Positions 24,700-38,169 of a stretch of DNA of 64,000 bases are shown here, piece by piece. The notes under the pieces are model-generated. The model worked only from the letters and a program-made list of their open reading frames with translations, was not told where the DNA came from and ran no database searches. This DNA comes from Dendrobates tinctorius (taxonomy: Eukaryota), in NCBI RefSeq assembly GCF_039654945.1, contig NW_027361741.1:7998001-8062000 (forward strand), read 5' to 3'. How positions within the stretch are numbered: the stretch's first letter is position 1; the number at the start of each line of letters is the position of its first letter. A program made the position numbers and the translations under genes.

Positions 24700-27600
24700 C
24701 GTGCGCGACATCGTGAAGAAGACAGAAGAAAAAATCCCAAGTCAAGTCAAGCTCATCAAGGTACTCAACCCTCAGTGAGCAGTTCATAAGAGCACATGCC
24801 GAAGCAGAATCTAAGAAAGTGCAAGCCATTTTCACCCAAAAGAAAGCGGAGAGGGAAACAGAATCTGCATGCAAGAAAGCAGAGATGGAAGCTGAATCTG
24901 CACGCAAGAAGGTGGAAATAGAAACCCTGCAGAAGGAATACGAACATGCAGCAGCCATGGCAAAGCTAAGGGTCTTCGAGCAAGCTCTAGGTATAAGCCA
25001 AGGAGGCAGCCTCAATTTGTACGAACTCAACACGGAAGACCCACTTAAGCGCACAACAAAATACGTGTTGAGCCAAACCAACAAACCCCTGATCACCAAC
25101 AACATTCCCGTCAGCACCGACCTCTCTCCAGAGCATCAGGACATTGATCCGCCTGCAGCTCTCAGCTTTCAAGGTCAGTCCAATGTGCCACAAACATTCA
25201 AACCCGAACCTCCTTCATGCATCAGTACACGGCCTGACCCTACACCTCAGCAAATGCCATATGCCAATGCAACCTAACATGCCGGCAAGGCACTATGCTC
25301 CTGACAACTGTGTGGTTCCAGCCCGGCATACAACAGAGACCTTATACCACAAAAACGGTTTCTGGTCTAAACGCCTACGCCACTCCCTATCTTTCCATGT
25401 TTTTGAAACAAGAAGCTATGACCCATGTTAGCAGCATCACTCAGCCAGCAAATGTTTCTTCAAAGACAGAAAGAACAGACATGTCTGACTTTGCGAGGTA
25501 CATGATACGCTGAGAACTCACCAACACCGGTCTCACAAGGTTTGACGACCAGCCTGAGAATTACAGAGGTTAGAAATATGCTTTTAAAGCCACAATTAGT
25601 GACCTTGGCATCACTGCTGCTGAAGAGCTGGATCTGCTAATCAGGTGGCTTGGACCTCAATCCACAGAGCGGGTCAAGAGGCTCAGATCTGTCCACATCA
25701 GTAATCCAGCAGCTGGTCTCATGGTTGCATGGGAAAAACTAGAACGTAGTTTTGGCAGTCCTGAAGCCATAGAGAATGCATTGTTTAAGTGTCTACAGGA
25801 TTTCCCCAAAATATCCGGCAAGGACAGTTCAAAATTCCAAGAGCTCAGCGACCTGCTCCTAGAGCTCTAGTTAGCCAAGGCAGACATGCACCTACCTGTC
25901 CTCAGCTACCTGGATACCACTCAAGGCATTAACCCAAAAGTTTCTAAGCTGCAATACAATATACAAGTGAAGTGGACCGCTATTGGGTCAAAATACAAAA
26001 GAGCCAATCAAGCCGCTTTTCCTCCATTTTCCTACTTCTGTGAATTTATCAAGGATATTGCAGAGTTTAAGACCGACCCAAGCTTTTCCTATGTAGAACC
26101 AAGTGGACCTGGTCCAACCCCTCCTAAGTATGATGGCCCACGTTCTAACCTGAAAAGCCAAGGAGGCCCAGTGTCAGCGAAAAAGACCGACATCCTTCCC
26201 ACACCTATATCAACTCCAGACAAGAGCAACACAGGGGACAAGGTTGAAGGTCCTAATCATATGTGTCCCATTCATAAGAAGCCACATCCCCTAAAGAAGT
26301 GCATTGACATCAGAAAGAAGCTGCTCCAGGAGCGCAAGGAACTTCTAAAGACGTTTGGTGTATGTTACAGATGTTGTGCTTCTACTGAACACTTTGTTAA
26401 GGACTGTAAAATTCCTATTAAGTGTTTGGAGTGTGACAGTGAGGACCACGTGCAAGCACTCCATCCTAACCTACCTCTGCTTAGCTCACACCTTCCGTAC
26501 CCACCACAAGCTATGGCAGGGAGGAAACAGAACAAGCAAGTCCTACAAAGGTATCATCTTTATGCACAGAAGTTTGCGGAGAAGGCCTCTGGGACAAGTC
26601 ATGCTCAAAGATATGCCTGGTGAACGTATATCCCAAGGGTCAGCCCAAAAAGAGCACAAAGGTGTAAACCATCCTGGACGATCAAAGCAACTGATCAATC
26701 AAGGTCAGAGCTCTTTGATTTGTTTGATTTAAAAGGAAATGCTTACCCCTACACCTTGGGCAATTGCAGTGGTGTTACAGAGGTCTCTGGGAGAAAAGCC
26801 AATGGAATTATAGTATCTTCACTTGAGAACAACATAGAGATACCTCTGCCCACACTCGTCGAGTGTAACCAGATACTGTACCATCTAATAGAGAGGGGAT
26901 TCCAATGCCAGAGGCTGCTCTTCACCACTCTCATCTAATAACTATAGCCAACAAGATACCAGCACTTGACAACAGTTCAGATATCCTGATCCTGCTCGGT
27001 AGAGACATTCTCCGACTGCACAAGGTAAGTCAGCAGATCAATGAACTGCATGATGCTCCATTTGCTCAACGCTTTGATCTAGGCTGGGTTATCATAGGCA
27101 ACATCTGTATAGATAAAATGAAGAGGCCTACAAAGATTTACTCATGTAAGACTCATGTCTTGCCAAATGGTCACAGTACATACTGTCAACCATGCCCACA
27201 TCACTACTGGGCGAAAGAAACGCTGAGTGACTGTAAGCGGCTGCGCGAAACCTATGACAACATGAACATGTTCTTGTCCCGCAACGACAACCTCGGCTCA
27301 ACGGTTTTTGATTCTACAAATGAAGATAACAAGTTGTCACCAGTAAGAGAGGACAAAGAATTCATTAAGGTCATGGACAAGAAATCCACCCAGGATGACT
27401 CCAACAACTGGACAGCACCCTTACCCTTTTGTTATTCAAGGACAAGGTTGCCAAACAATCTGCAGCAAGCAACTGCAAGATTTTCATCTTTAAAACGCAC
27501 TTTAATGAAGAAACCAGAGATGGAAAAACATTCCATCGACTTCATGCAGAATATCATTGATAGAGATCATGTGGAGCCTGCTCCACAAGTAAAGGAAGGA

Positions 27601-29210
27601 GAAGAGTGCTGGTATCTTCCATCCTTTGGCGTCTACCATCCTCGCAAACCCAATCAAATCAGAGTGGTGTTTTACTCCAGTGCTCAGTATTAAGGTATCT
27701 CTTTCAATAACCTGCAACTCACCGGACCCAACCTGAACAACAGTCTCATAGGAGGACTGGTTCGCTTTAGACAAGAATCCGTTGCAGTAATGGCCGACAA
27801 TGTTTCACTGTTTCATTGTGAGGGAAGACAGTAGAAACTACTTCAGGTTACTATGGCACAAGGACAATGACATCCGCAATGAGGTGATAGATTATCAGAT
27901 GAAGGTACACGTCTTTGGCAACAGCCCCTCACCTGCTGTAGCAATCTATGGACCGAGACGGACAACCCAACAAGGAGAGAGTATGGATCGGATACCCGTC
28001 TATTTGTGGAAAGGAACTTCTATGTTAATGATGGACTTAAGTCTTTGCCCAGAAGTGAAGAAGCAATTGATCTGTTGTCCAGAACACAGGAAATTCTGTC
28101 TGAAGCAAACCTCAGACTGCACAAGATTATCTCCAACAATCAGGAGGTAATGAAAGCATTCCCATCCGAATACCAAGCTACAAGCCTGAAGGACCTTGAT
28201 CTGGGTTCCGATGTTCTTCCCACGCAATGTAGTCTTGGTCTGTTGTGGGACATTAAGCAGGACAAGTTCACATTCCAGGTATCTTCCCGCGATAAGCCTT
28301 TCACCAAACGAGAAGTCTTATCCGTGGTCAACAGCATTTACGATTCCCTTGGATTAATAGCACCCATCACTATCCAAGTCAAGATACTGCTGAGACAGTT
28401 AACCGCCAAGAACACAGATTGGGACACTCCGCTACTATCACAGAAACAACAAGGGTGGGAAATATGGAAGAAATCTTTAAAGATCTTAGAACATCTTCAA
28501 GTCCCACATTGTTATTCCTTAACGTCCCTTTCAACTGCCGTCCAAAAAGAGGTCCATATATTTCCTGATGCATCTACAGAGGCTATAGCTGGAGTGGCCT
28601 ATCTGAAAGCCTCAGAATCCAGCAACAGGGTACATTGTGGCTTCATCCTGGGTAAGGCAAAATTAACTCCGAAACCTGCACTTTCCATACCAAGGCTTGA
28701 ACTTTGCGCTGCCGTACTGGCAGTAGAAATTGCAGAAGTTATAAGGGATGAATTGGACATTGCTATTGACTCATTTATATTCTACACAGGCAGTAGAGTG
28801 GTGCTTGGTTACATACACAAACAAACAAAACAATTCTACGTCTGTGTCAGCAATAGGGTAGCATGAATCAGAGCATTTTCTACTCCTGAGCAGTGACATC
28901 ACATCCCCACTGATCTGAACCCGGCCGACAGAGGAACAAGACTTACCTAAATGACAACATGTGGCTGTCACCTCCACATTTCCTGTACAAAGACCCTTGT
29001 TCAAAGGACATCAGCAACACTTATGAGCTGGTAGAACCAGAATCTAACACTTCTGTGATACCAAAACCGAAGCTAAGGTCTCATTAGTTTGAACGCTTCT
29101 CAAGCTGGTCATCCGTCATGCGGGCTGTAGCTCATCATCTTCACATCGCCCATTGTTTTAGCAGCAACAAATCATCAGAGTGCCGTGGCTGGCACATGTG
29201 GTGGTTTATT
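24700..29210 (+). pseudogene. BEL/Pao gag-pol, fragmented
   Basis: ORF pieces 24819-25277, 25886-26623, 26905-27693, 27800-28150 and 28006-28866 carry BEL motifs. Confidence 0.9.
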
Positions 29211-30018
29211 ATGAATTTTCCTTCGCCCAGTCACCGAACTTGTCCTACTTCTACCAAAGGAGGATATCACATGAAAGATATTTCTACTGGACACAGCTCA
29301 TGATGGGGAGCATACCGTCATACACCCTTAGCTGTAAAAAACTTGAACCTTCATCTTTGGATTCTTTAGGTTGGTTGGTGGAAGTGTTTGCATGTTGTGG
29401 CTTCACCAATCTGAAGATCGGTTCTCCTATGGACTTGGACTATCCAACCGTTGAGGACTTCACATCAGCAACCAAGAATTAGACTTACAACTGTTACAGT
29501 TTATTTTCGCATGTTGTGTTTTCTTTCTTGTCTTTCAGGTTTCTAGGACGTCATTGAACATCATCCTAACACTTCATGTCAAGTTGGATCATCATAAAAT
29601 CTAAAGATTTCAGATGGGGAGTGTCATGTCCCATGATTTAGAATCATACAGACAGTATTGCATTTTATTATATTGTTGTTGTCATTGCTGTGTATAGATC
29701 TGTCCCTTTTAGAGGGTGTCTCCTTCCCCCTCGCATGTGACTCTCATTTCTGTAATCTTTGAGTCTATCTCCATCTTGGAGACACACATTTTATACAGCT
29801 CTGTATAAGGAAGTCTTTTTTTACCTACTGTATCTTTGCATTATGCAAGGATTCAGCTGAGAATAAACCTTCTACTGGACTCTTCAAACGTGCTCTTTTC
29901 CAGTCGAGTTAACCTATCTGCGGACATCACTAAACATGAGTAATGGTAAACAGACGCCATGGGATGGCAGTCTAAGCGTCCAACATTTGCAGTTTAGCCA
30001 TGGAGGCAGAATAATTCT

Positions 30019-31427
30019 GGTGCAAGCAGTCATATGACAAATAACAAGGATTTCTTCACTGACAATGAAAGCAAGTCAGAAAAGGTCATCTTACCTAATG
30101 GTCACTATATGACTTCAGAATTAGTAGACTGGTACCTCCGCTGTCCAGTTTCCTCAGCACAAAGCAGAAAGATCCCAATAAAGGATGTTCTCTATATTCC
30201 AGCCTTGAAAGCAATCTTCTGTCAGTAAAGAAGTTCAAGCAAAAAGGGAATGTATTTACTTTTAAAGATAACAGCTGCATCATCTCAAAGAAGGGTCACA
30301 GTCTTGCAGAAGGAAAAATCCAAGATGAACTTTATCAGCTAAAATGCAAAGAAAGAGTGTACAGTGCTAGACAAGATCTACATAAGAACTGTATCCATGT
30401 ATGGCACAGATGTCTTGGGCACAGAGACCCAGAAGCAGTAAGGAAGCTAGCTCAACTTGAAAATGGTATTGAAATCAACCAGTGTGGTCAAATCATGAAT
30501 TGCACTAGCTGTCTTAAAGGGAAAATGTCCAGAAAATCTTTCCTAAAATAAGCACCACTTGATCTGCACAGCCTCTGGGTCTGATACCTATAGATGTATG
30601 TGGTCCAATGAGTGTTCAAACTCCTAGCAAGAAGAGAATTTTTCACACATTTATAGATGACTACTCCAGATGTACAGTTGCCTACCTGCTTCAAAGTAAG
30701 GATGAAGTTCCACAGAAACTTGAAGAATATATTGCTGTAGTGTTTAACAAATTTGGAAGAATGCCAAAAACCCTGCGTGCAGATAATGAAACCAAATATA
30801 CAAGTGGTAAGGTGCAAACCATTTTGAAAAAGGATGGAATTGTGCTCCAGACTACCATTCCACACAACCCAGAACAAAGTGGCATTGCAGAGAGAAAGAA
30901 CCGTACTCTCTGTGAAAGTGGAAGAAGTATGTTGTTTGATGCGAATCTACCTACAACGTATTGGGGAGAAGCCATCATGACAGCTTGCTATCTTCCAAAG
31001 AGAGTGCCAGGTAAAGCCACAAATAAAACTCCATATGAGCTATGGAACTGCGAGAAGCTTAACCTGAAGCACCTCAAGATATTTGGAAGCAAAACGTTTA
31101 TGTATGTTCCCAAAGAAAAACGTTCGAAGTGGGAATCACATGCAAAGCAAGGAGTCCTGGTGGGCTTTAGCAAAACTCAAAAAGGATACAGAATCCTGCA
31201 CCCAGATACCAACATATTAGCAATTAGCAGAGATTTAGTGACTGATGAAAACTCTATTACTCAAATTCCATGAAGTTAAACCAGTTAGTCAACCTAAGAA
31301 GCAAGAACAAGAACCTCAATCACCAAACCCAGTTGCCGAAAAGGAAAACACTGAAGTGTGGATAAGCTCTAAAGCCACTAAGGAAGACATAGAAGAACCA
31401 AGTCAACCTCCAGTCAGGAGATCAGAA
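30019..31427 (+). pseudogene. copia protease C-terminus and integrase
   Basis: GASSHMTNN; WHRCLGH; ORF 30608-31273 is an rve-like core with an SH3-like GFSKTQKGYRI segment. Confidence 0.92.
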
Positions 31428-34400
31428 TGACTCGCCCCCGGAGGCCGTGGGGTATTCGATGCCGGGCCCGTTGATTTCAATGGGAGATGTCACAGTGGCA
31501 GTGACCCGGTCCGTGGCCTCAGGCAGTCAATGTAAAAGGGGTAGAGTGATGGGGATAAAGTTATTGAGATGACTTGTGACACCACCTGTGGTTTCTGGTC
31601 AGTTTGACCAGTGCTGCAGGGTTGCTTCTCTGGGACCGATGGTGTGGTGCAGCAATGATGATGAAGCTCCCCACAGGTGGAGCTGTAGTTCCAGGGCAGT
31701 TGTAATAGGTGTTGAGGCAGATGGTGCAGTGTTAGGCACAGAGATGTAGCAGTGCTAGATGAGTGGCGCAGGAATAAGTGGAGGACACAAGGGCTTGTAG
31801 TTCCAAGGCTTTACTCAGTCTGTTGAGCATACAGATGCCCACTTCGGTGCTGTGTCCTCCAGGTCAGGGGCTCAGCCAACTCCCAGGCAAGATAGAGTAC
31901 ACCTTTCCAGCACTCCTCCAACATATGCCTTTCCTGAACGTCTCCTCACTAGCGCCTAAACTGAAGTACTTGGAGTTGTGAATTAAACTCAAGTTCCTCC
32001 TTCTAGATGTTACTAGGAACTCCACTCATACGGCAGACAGATGTAGCCCGCTTCGGGGACTTCCTACTATCAGGTCCCGGCTCACAAACATTGCTATTGT
32101 GCCCCCGAGTCTTAGGTGGGAATAAAGTGGTGACAACTTCTATTCCTCCGCTTTCTGCTGCAGGACCATCAGCATCCATACAACTTCGGATATCGGACTC
32201 CAAACCACGCGCTTTAACTTAAGGAAGGGCTCTGCTCTCACCCTTGTCCTCAGTTCTCTTCTCCCCACGTTCTGTACTAATCTAACTTCCTTCTGAAGAA
32301 TTAGGCTTTCTCTTGCTCTTTCCTGTGCCAACAACTCCGACTCACAACAGTCTGCTGCTGCACTTGCTTCCGTTTCATCCCTCTCTGGGGATCTGCTCTC
32401 TCTAACTGACCCCTTCCTAACCTTCTTCCCTCTCTTGTGCAGTCTAAGCTCCACCTGCTTCCCCAGCACCCTTTGTGAACCAAAGCAGCTGACGTAGGCT
32501 ACTTTCACACTTGCGTTTTTTTGCGCTGCGCACAGTGCGCAGTGCAAATGCACATAAAAAACCTATCATGCGATTTTGTGCGTGTTTTTTTTTTAAAAAA
32601 TGCATGCTTTTTGTGCGCTGATGTGCGCATTACTATGCGCACGTCAGCACACCCATAGACGTTAATGGGTGGTTGGGTGAAAAAAACCACATTGTGTGCA
32701 CATGCGTTTTTTTGGGGCAAGTCGGACGCTCAAAAAATGCAACAGAGTACATTTTGTGTGCCCGAGTGCACACTACAAAAAAAGTATGCGCATACAAACG
32801 CGTACAAATGCATGTGTATACGCACCCATGTTAAGAATAGGGAAAAAAACGCATGCTTTTTTTGTGCGAAAAAACAGCGCCAAAAAACGCAAGTGTGAAA
32901 ATGGCCTTACAGGGTGCTCCACTATTTTAAAGTGTCTGTGCTGGGTGCAGGTGTTGGAGTGTGGTCAGGCATCTCCACCTCACCTGTATAGTGCGGTACC
33001 ACACCTCAGGAGGAGGTGCAGTACCTCTGTGGTGAATGAACCCTCAGGGGCGCCACATACCCCCCATTAAACACAGAATGTCCGCGGGCTGTAAGTGAAA
33101 CAAAGGATGTTACATAAGGAACATATAACATTTTATTTTAACAGTACTGCCAGCAGTAAACATTACTTATATTACTATAAAACATCTCCTAAGAGAGGCA
33201 TTTTACTTTAAACGTTACCTAAGATAACTTTAGTTTTGCTACTACTACCTGAAGTGCTACCTTGGTGACAACCGCTGACCCTGGTTCTTCACCTGGATTC
33301 AAATTTTTATTCAAAACTTCACATTTTTATTAAGCATTACTCCTAAGCTAGATTCTGCAAAATGTCTATTTCTACTACTGCAGCTAAACATTGCTACCAA
33401 CATTTTTATAAGGCACATTATAAAAGACTTCACGGTAAAACAACAATAATTCTTGCAAGTGCTGGACACTGCTCCCAGCCGGGATTTCTTGCAGTGTCCC
33501 TGGAGCTGAAGCAGAACTTCAGGTCTGAGGTAGTCCTTTGTTGAGGTTTGAGTAAAACCAAGAGAGAGCGCCTTAAGAGGCGTAAACTATATACTGGAAA
33601 AAGTTTTTGGATCACTCCAAGTTCATGATCGCTCAGTCTCTGTATCAGAGCAGATTAATGCCAAACTGAGGCAAGAAAAACAACAAGAAAAACAAACAAT
33701 GAGGGCACAACTGTGCCCATACCCTCCTGAGTAACAGTTCAGTCAGTCCTCCTGATTAGCATTGCTTTAAGCATCAGGTTTTTGTCTCTTGCATGGTGAA
33801 ATGCGGGGATGGCGAATCTCTGGTAGGGGAAATCCGTGATGCAAGGTAACACCCATCAGCAGTTCAGGTTCCACTACCAAGGGTTGGGTAGCTTGTTGCT
33901 GCACTTTAGGGTTGCATTGAACTGTAGTTGTAGATAATGCAGTAGGTATCGACATTACAGCTGGTGGTACCGAAGGGGTTAACGAACAGGCCATTGATAC
34001 TGCGGCCATACCTGCCAGTGGTGTCATCTTGTTATCAGCTTTCTCCTCCGTGGAGATCAGGGGTTGCTGGAGGGAACGCGGCTTCACTAAATGCTCTGCT
34101 TTCCGCAGGGACATTTTCCGCTTCTCCATTGCGGTCAGCTTAGCGTCTTGGAATTGATAACACAACTCTTCCATTTGTTCCATGAGGAGTACCGGTCTGC
34201 TGCACACGGTGGACGGTAGCGTGGGTATAGGAGCAGGTTCTACAATACCCCCTTGGGTGGCATTCCCCGGTGATGCTTCGGCTCCGGTGCAGGTACGGAG
34301 TGGCAGCCGGTGGCAGCGGTGGTTGTTGGAGCTGCCTGGTCAGCGGGTGGCGACTGGGGTGGAACTGGTGCTAGCTCGGGGTCTGCTGAGGCCTTCGGTG

Positions 34401-36411
34401 GGACCTGCGCGGCCGAGCCAGGTCCGGGCAGGAACACAGTCTCTGCTTCATAGTCAGCTCCCGGGCCCTCAGGTAACTCCACCTGGCAGGCAGCGCCCAG
34501 CGCCGTGGAGGTGATGGCGGGCGCTGCCGATGGCATCGCAGCGGCCGCGGGTCTCACCGGGGCTGCCTGGGGGAGAACTGGTGCAGCAGTGGCGGGTACC
34601 AGTGGTGGACGTACCGTTTCTGCAGGCCCCTCCTGGGTGCACTGCCGATCCAAGGTCCGCAGAGCCTCCCGCTTCAGCCGCAGGCTGCGGTTCAGCATAT
34701 CGATCTCCTCTTCTAATTGCTGACAGTCCATCACGGAAGCGGGGCTGGAGCCTTCAACTAGTGCGCCGGGGAAGGCAAGCTCCTCTTTCTCGCACTCTTC
34801 AGGTCTCCTCCTTCCATCATGGCGCCCTGGCGTTCTGGCTTCTCTCTGGGCTCCCTTCCCGCCTCACAGCTCTGCTCCACCTTCCTAGGGCGGCGCCTCC
34901 TTCCTCTTCCTCCATACCAAGCCAGTATACGAACCCCTCTGGGGGTGGGCCATGTTGCTGTTGCATAGAAGTTCAGGCAGGGGAGGTCCAGGACAGTTCG
35001 TGCTCTTTTCTTAGGGCCACCCATGTTGGCACGCCCTTCTTCACCGTGACGGCGGCCATTTTGAGAGTCCATTTTACAGTCTATCATTTTGGTTATTTTG
35101 CACATTTTCAGCAATATCCAATGTAATAAATCTTCAGCACACAGGACCCGGTGGTACCGGGCTTCGTCATCCTGATCGTGACGCCAAAAATTGACTCGCC
35201 CCCGGAGGCCGTGGGGTACTCGGTGCCGGGCTCGTTGAGTTCAATGGGAGATGTCACAGTGGCAGTGACCCGGTTCGTGGCCTCAGGCAGTCAATGTAAA
35301 AGGCGTAGAGTGATGGGGATAAAGTTATTGAGATGATTTGTGACGCCACCTGTGGTTTCTGGTCTGTTTGACCAGCGCTGCAGGGTTGCTTCTCTAGGAC
35401 CGATGGGGTGGTGCAGCAATGATGATGAAGCTCCCCACAGGTGGAGCTGTAGTCCCAGGGCAGTTGTAATAGGTGTTGAGGTAGATGGTGCAGTGTTAGG
35501 CACAGAGATATAGCAGTGCTAGATGAGTGGCGCAGGAATAAGTGGAGGACACAAGGGCTTGTAGTTCCAAGGCTTTACTCACAGTCTGTTGCGCATACAG
35601 ATGCCCACTTCGGTGCCGTGTCCTCCAGGTCAGGGGCTCAGCCAACTCCCAGGCAAGATAGAGTACACCTTTCCAGCACTCCTCCAACATATGCCTTTCC
35701 TGAACGTCTCCTCACTAGCACCTAAACTGAAGTACTTGGAGTTGTGAATTAAACTCAAGTTCCTCCTTCTAGATGTTAATTGGAACTCCACTCGTACGGC
35801 AGACAGCTGTAGCCCGCTTCGGGGACTTCCTACTATCAGGTCCCGGCTCACACACGTTGCTATTGAGCCCCCCGAGTCTTAGGTGGGAATAAAGTGGTGA
35901 CAACTTCTATTCCTCCGGTTTCTGCTGCAGGACCATCAGCATCCATACAACTTCGGATACCGGACTCCGAACCATGCGCTTTAACTTAAGGAAGGGCTCT
36001 GCTCTCGCCCTTGTCCTCAGTTCTCTTCTCCCCACGTTCCGTACTAATCTATCTTCCTTCTGAAGAATTAGGCTTTCTCTTGCTCTTTCACGAGCCAACA
36101 GCTCCGACTCACAACAGTCTGCTGCTGCACTTGCTTCCGCTCCATCCCTCTCCGGGGATCTGCTCTCTCTAACTGACCCCTTCCTAACCTTCTTCCCTCT
36201 CTTGTGCAGTCTAAGCTCCACTCGCTTCCCCAGCACCCATTGTGAACCAAAGCAGCTGACTTACAGGGTGCTCCACTATTCTAAAGTGTCTGTGCTGGGT
36301 GCAGGTGTTGGAGTGTGGTCAGGCATCTCCACCTTACCTGGATAGTGGGGTACCACACCTCAGGAGGAGGTGCAGTACCTCTGTGGCGACTGAACCCCCA
36401 GGGTCGCCACA
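31428..36411 (-). mobile_element. Non-autonomous Gypsy-type LTR element (LARD-like) with ~1.22-kb LTRs
   Basis: LTRs 35192-36411 (5') and 31428-33057 (3', includes a MITE). TSD AGAA. PBS TGGCGTCACGATCAGGAT (35186-35169, tRNA-Ser(CGA)-like). PPT adjacent to 33058. No RT, IN or PR motifs inside. Confidence 0.9.
32497..32906. mobile_element. Harbinger-type MITE in the 3' LTR
   Basis: TIR GGCTACTTTCACACTTGCGTTTTTT...AAAAAACGCAAGTGTGAAAATGGCC. Flanks GTA/TTA. The other LTR has the empty site GACTTACAG. Confidence 0.93.
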
Positions 36412-36415
36412 AGAA

Positions 36416-37535
36416 AGGTCAAACAAAGGTATCCAAGCTAGACTCCTATCTTATAAGGTCAGAACACTTCCTGAACCAGAGCCACAGTCATGGCAAGAGA
36501 TACAAAAACTGCCTGTCCACGAAAAGCAGAAGTGGATAAATGCCACTAATGTGGAGATGGAGTCCCTTCACCAACTCCAGACATGGGAGTTTACTGAGCT
36601 ACCACAAGGAAAAAGAGCTATCGGATATAAGTGGATCTTCAAAAACAAATATGACTCAGAAGGTAAAGTTCACCGGTTTAAGGCAAGATTGGTCGCAAAA
36701 GGGTACTTGCAAAAGTATGGTGAAGATTATGATGCTACATTTTCTCCCGTTGCGAAGCAAACCAGATTCAGAACTCTAATGTCGTAGCTGCAATTCAATC
36801 AATGACATTGAGACATTTTGACATCAAAACAGCCTTCCTACATGGTGACATTGAAGAAAAGTTGTACATGAGCCAACCCGAGGGATATATTAAACAGGTT
36901 GAAGAGCACCTTGTTTGTAAAATGCAAAAATCTCTCTATGGACTTAAGCAGCCGGCAAGAGCTTGGAACTTGAAAATGAACAAAGTTTTGATGGCTGAAA
37001 GATTTAAAAGATGTCAAGTTGATCCATGTTTGTATACGAAAAATGTAGCGAAGGAGTGGATGTATGTTCTCCTATATGTAGACGATGTAATCAAGTGTCA
37101 TCAAGATGAAAAAGAAATTGCAAAACTAGGTGAAATTGACATATTATTTGGGAATCCAAATCCAGAGAGAGGAAGATGGGAGTTTTCATCTCACCCAAAG
37201 TTCTAAAATTTCCGCAATGCTAAACCAGTTTGGAATGTCAGAAGCCAAAGGTGCGTCAACACTAATGGATCCGTCCTACTTAAAGTTGGAAGGAGAAGAA
37301 GACCTGCTACCCAGCAATGAGAGTTACAGACAAGCAGTGGGGGCGTTTCTGTACATAACAACCACAACTCGTCTGGATATCACAGCCACAGTCGGAATTC
37401 TCGGCTGATGTGTAAGCAAGCCACGCCAAAGAGACTGGAATGCAATTAAGAGAATTCTTCAATATCTTAAAGAAACTCAAAGGCTAAATCTTAAGATATC
37501 TTTATCAGGAGATCTCACTCTGAGAGGTTATATGG
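36416..37535 (+). pseudogene. copia reverse transcriptase (RVT_2-like), frameshifted
   Basis: KWIFKNK, FKARLVAKG, DYDATFSPVA, HFDIKTAFLHG, SLYGLKQ, LYVDD, YLGIQI, YRQAVG. Confidence 0.95.
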
Positions 37536-37639
37536 ATCGAAAAAGACCAATTAGTAAAAATGCAAAACTTTATTAAAGACAGCAAGGTATTATTTGTATA
37601 AAACCATAAATAAATATTAATATGGATGTGGCTCAAGAC

Positions 37640-38020
37640 CGGGCCTGGTGTTTTCCGATAACAGGCAAAATCTGGTAGCAGCTCCAGGCTAGCCGGTTTC
37701 TCTCATATCCCTTGCATGGCACATGTTCTGAACTTGGTGGTGCAGAACTTCCTGAAGAACTACCCAAATCTGCCTGATTTGCTGCTGAAGGTGTGGTCAG
37801 TGTGTGTGCTCTTTTGGTGTTCTCACTCTTCTGCTGCTTGCCTGTCTGCAATGCAGTGTCACTTCTGCCTTCCAGCTCATTGCCTCATATGCTACATACC
37901 AACAAGGTGGAACTCCACCTAGCATATGCTGGAGAGACTGTGCAAGCAGCAGCAGGCAATAGTGTACAGTAGGTTAAGCTGCAGCACACACTCATGAGTC
38001 ACTTGGCGGAACACCACTTC
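37640..38020 (+). pseudogene. hAT transposase fragment
   Basis: PCMAHVLNLVVQ (CxxH) and PTRWNST motifs. Confidence 0.85.
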
Positions 38021-38169
38021 ACTTCACAAACCACTTCCCACTGTGTGGCTGCATTCATTTCTATGAAGCCACACACTCCGGTCCGAGTGCCGATGGCAGT
38101 GCCATGTATTGATCACACTCGCAAGTGTGATCTTGGCCTAATGGTTTTTTTTTATGTTTTCTGATGGGG

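Larger units (their letters stand above)
23540..30013 (+). mobile_element. BEL/Pao LTR retrotransposon, both LTRs present, integrase deleted
   Basis: LTRs 23540-23951 and 29622-30013; TSD ATTCT; PPT before 29622. Gag zinc knuckles (CPIH..H, CYRC..H..C, CLEC..H), ILDDQS protease, RT (HVFGNSPSP, NFYVND), and Pao RNase H (FPDAS, IPRLELCAA). Confidence 0.95.
21809..37535 (+). mobile_element. Ty1/copia LTR retrotransposon, decayed, split by three insertions; RNase H and 3' LTR missing
   Basis: LTR end CCAACA (21877) then PBS GGTTATGGGCCCAG. Gag (NYQSWKFKVK, TAKEMWDEL); protease IDS|GASSHMT; HRCLGH-CTSC; integrase (FIDDYSR, AERKNRT); RT (FKARLVAKG, DIKTAFL, LYVDD). The order PR-IN-RT is copia-type. 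Confidence 0.95.

Noticed and set aside
34182-35126. Plus-strand ORFs of 110-198 aa
   Set aside because: They are antisense shadows of a GC-rich region, with no motifs.
32140-36250. Duplicated ORFs (RLHKRGKKVRKG...)
   Set aside because: They are the same segment of the two LTRs, not paralogous genes.
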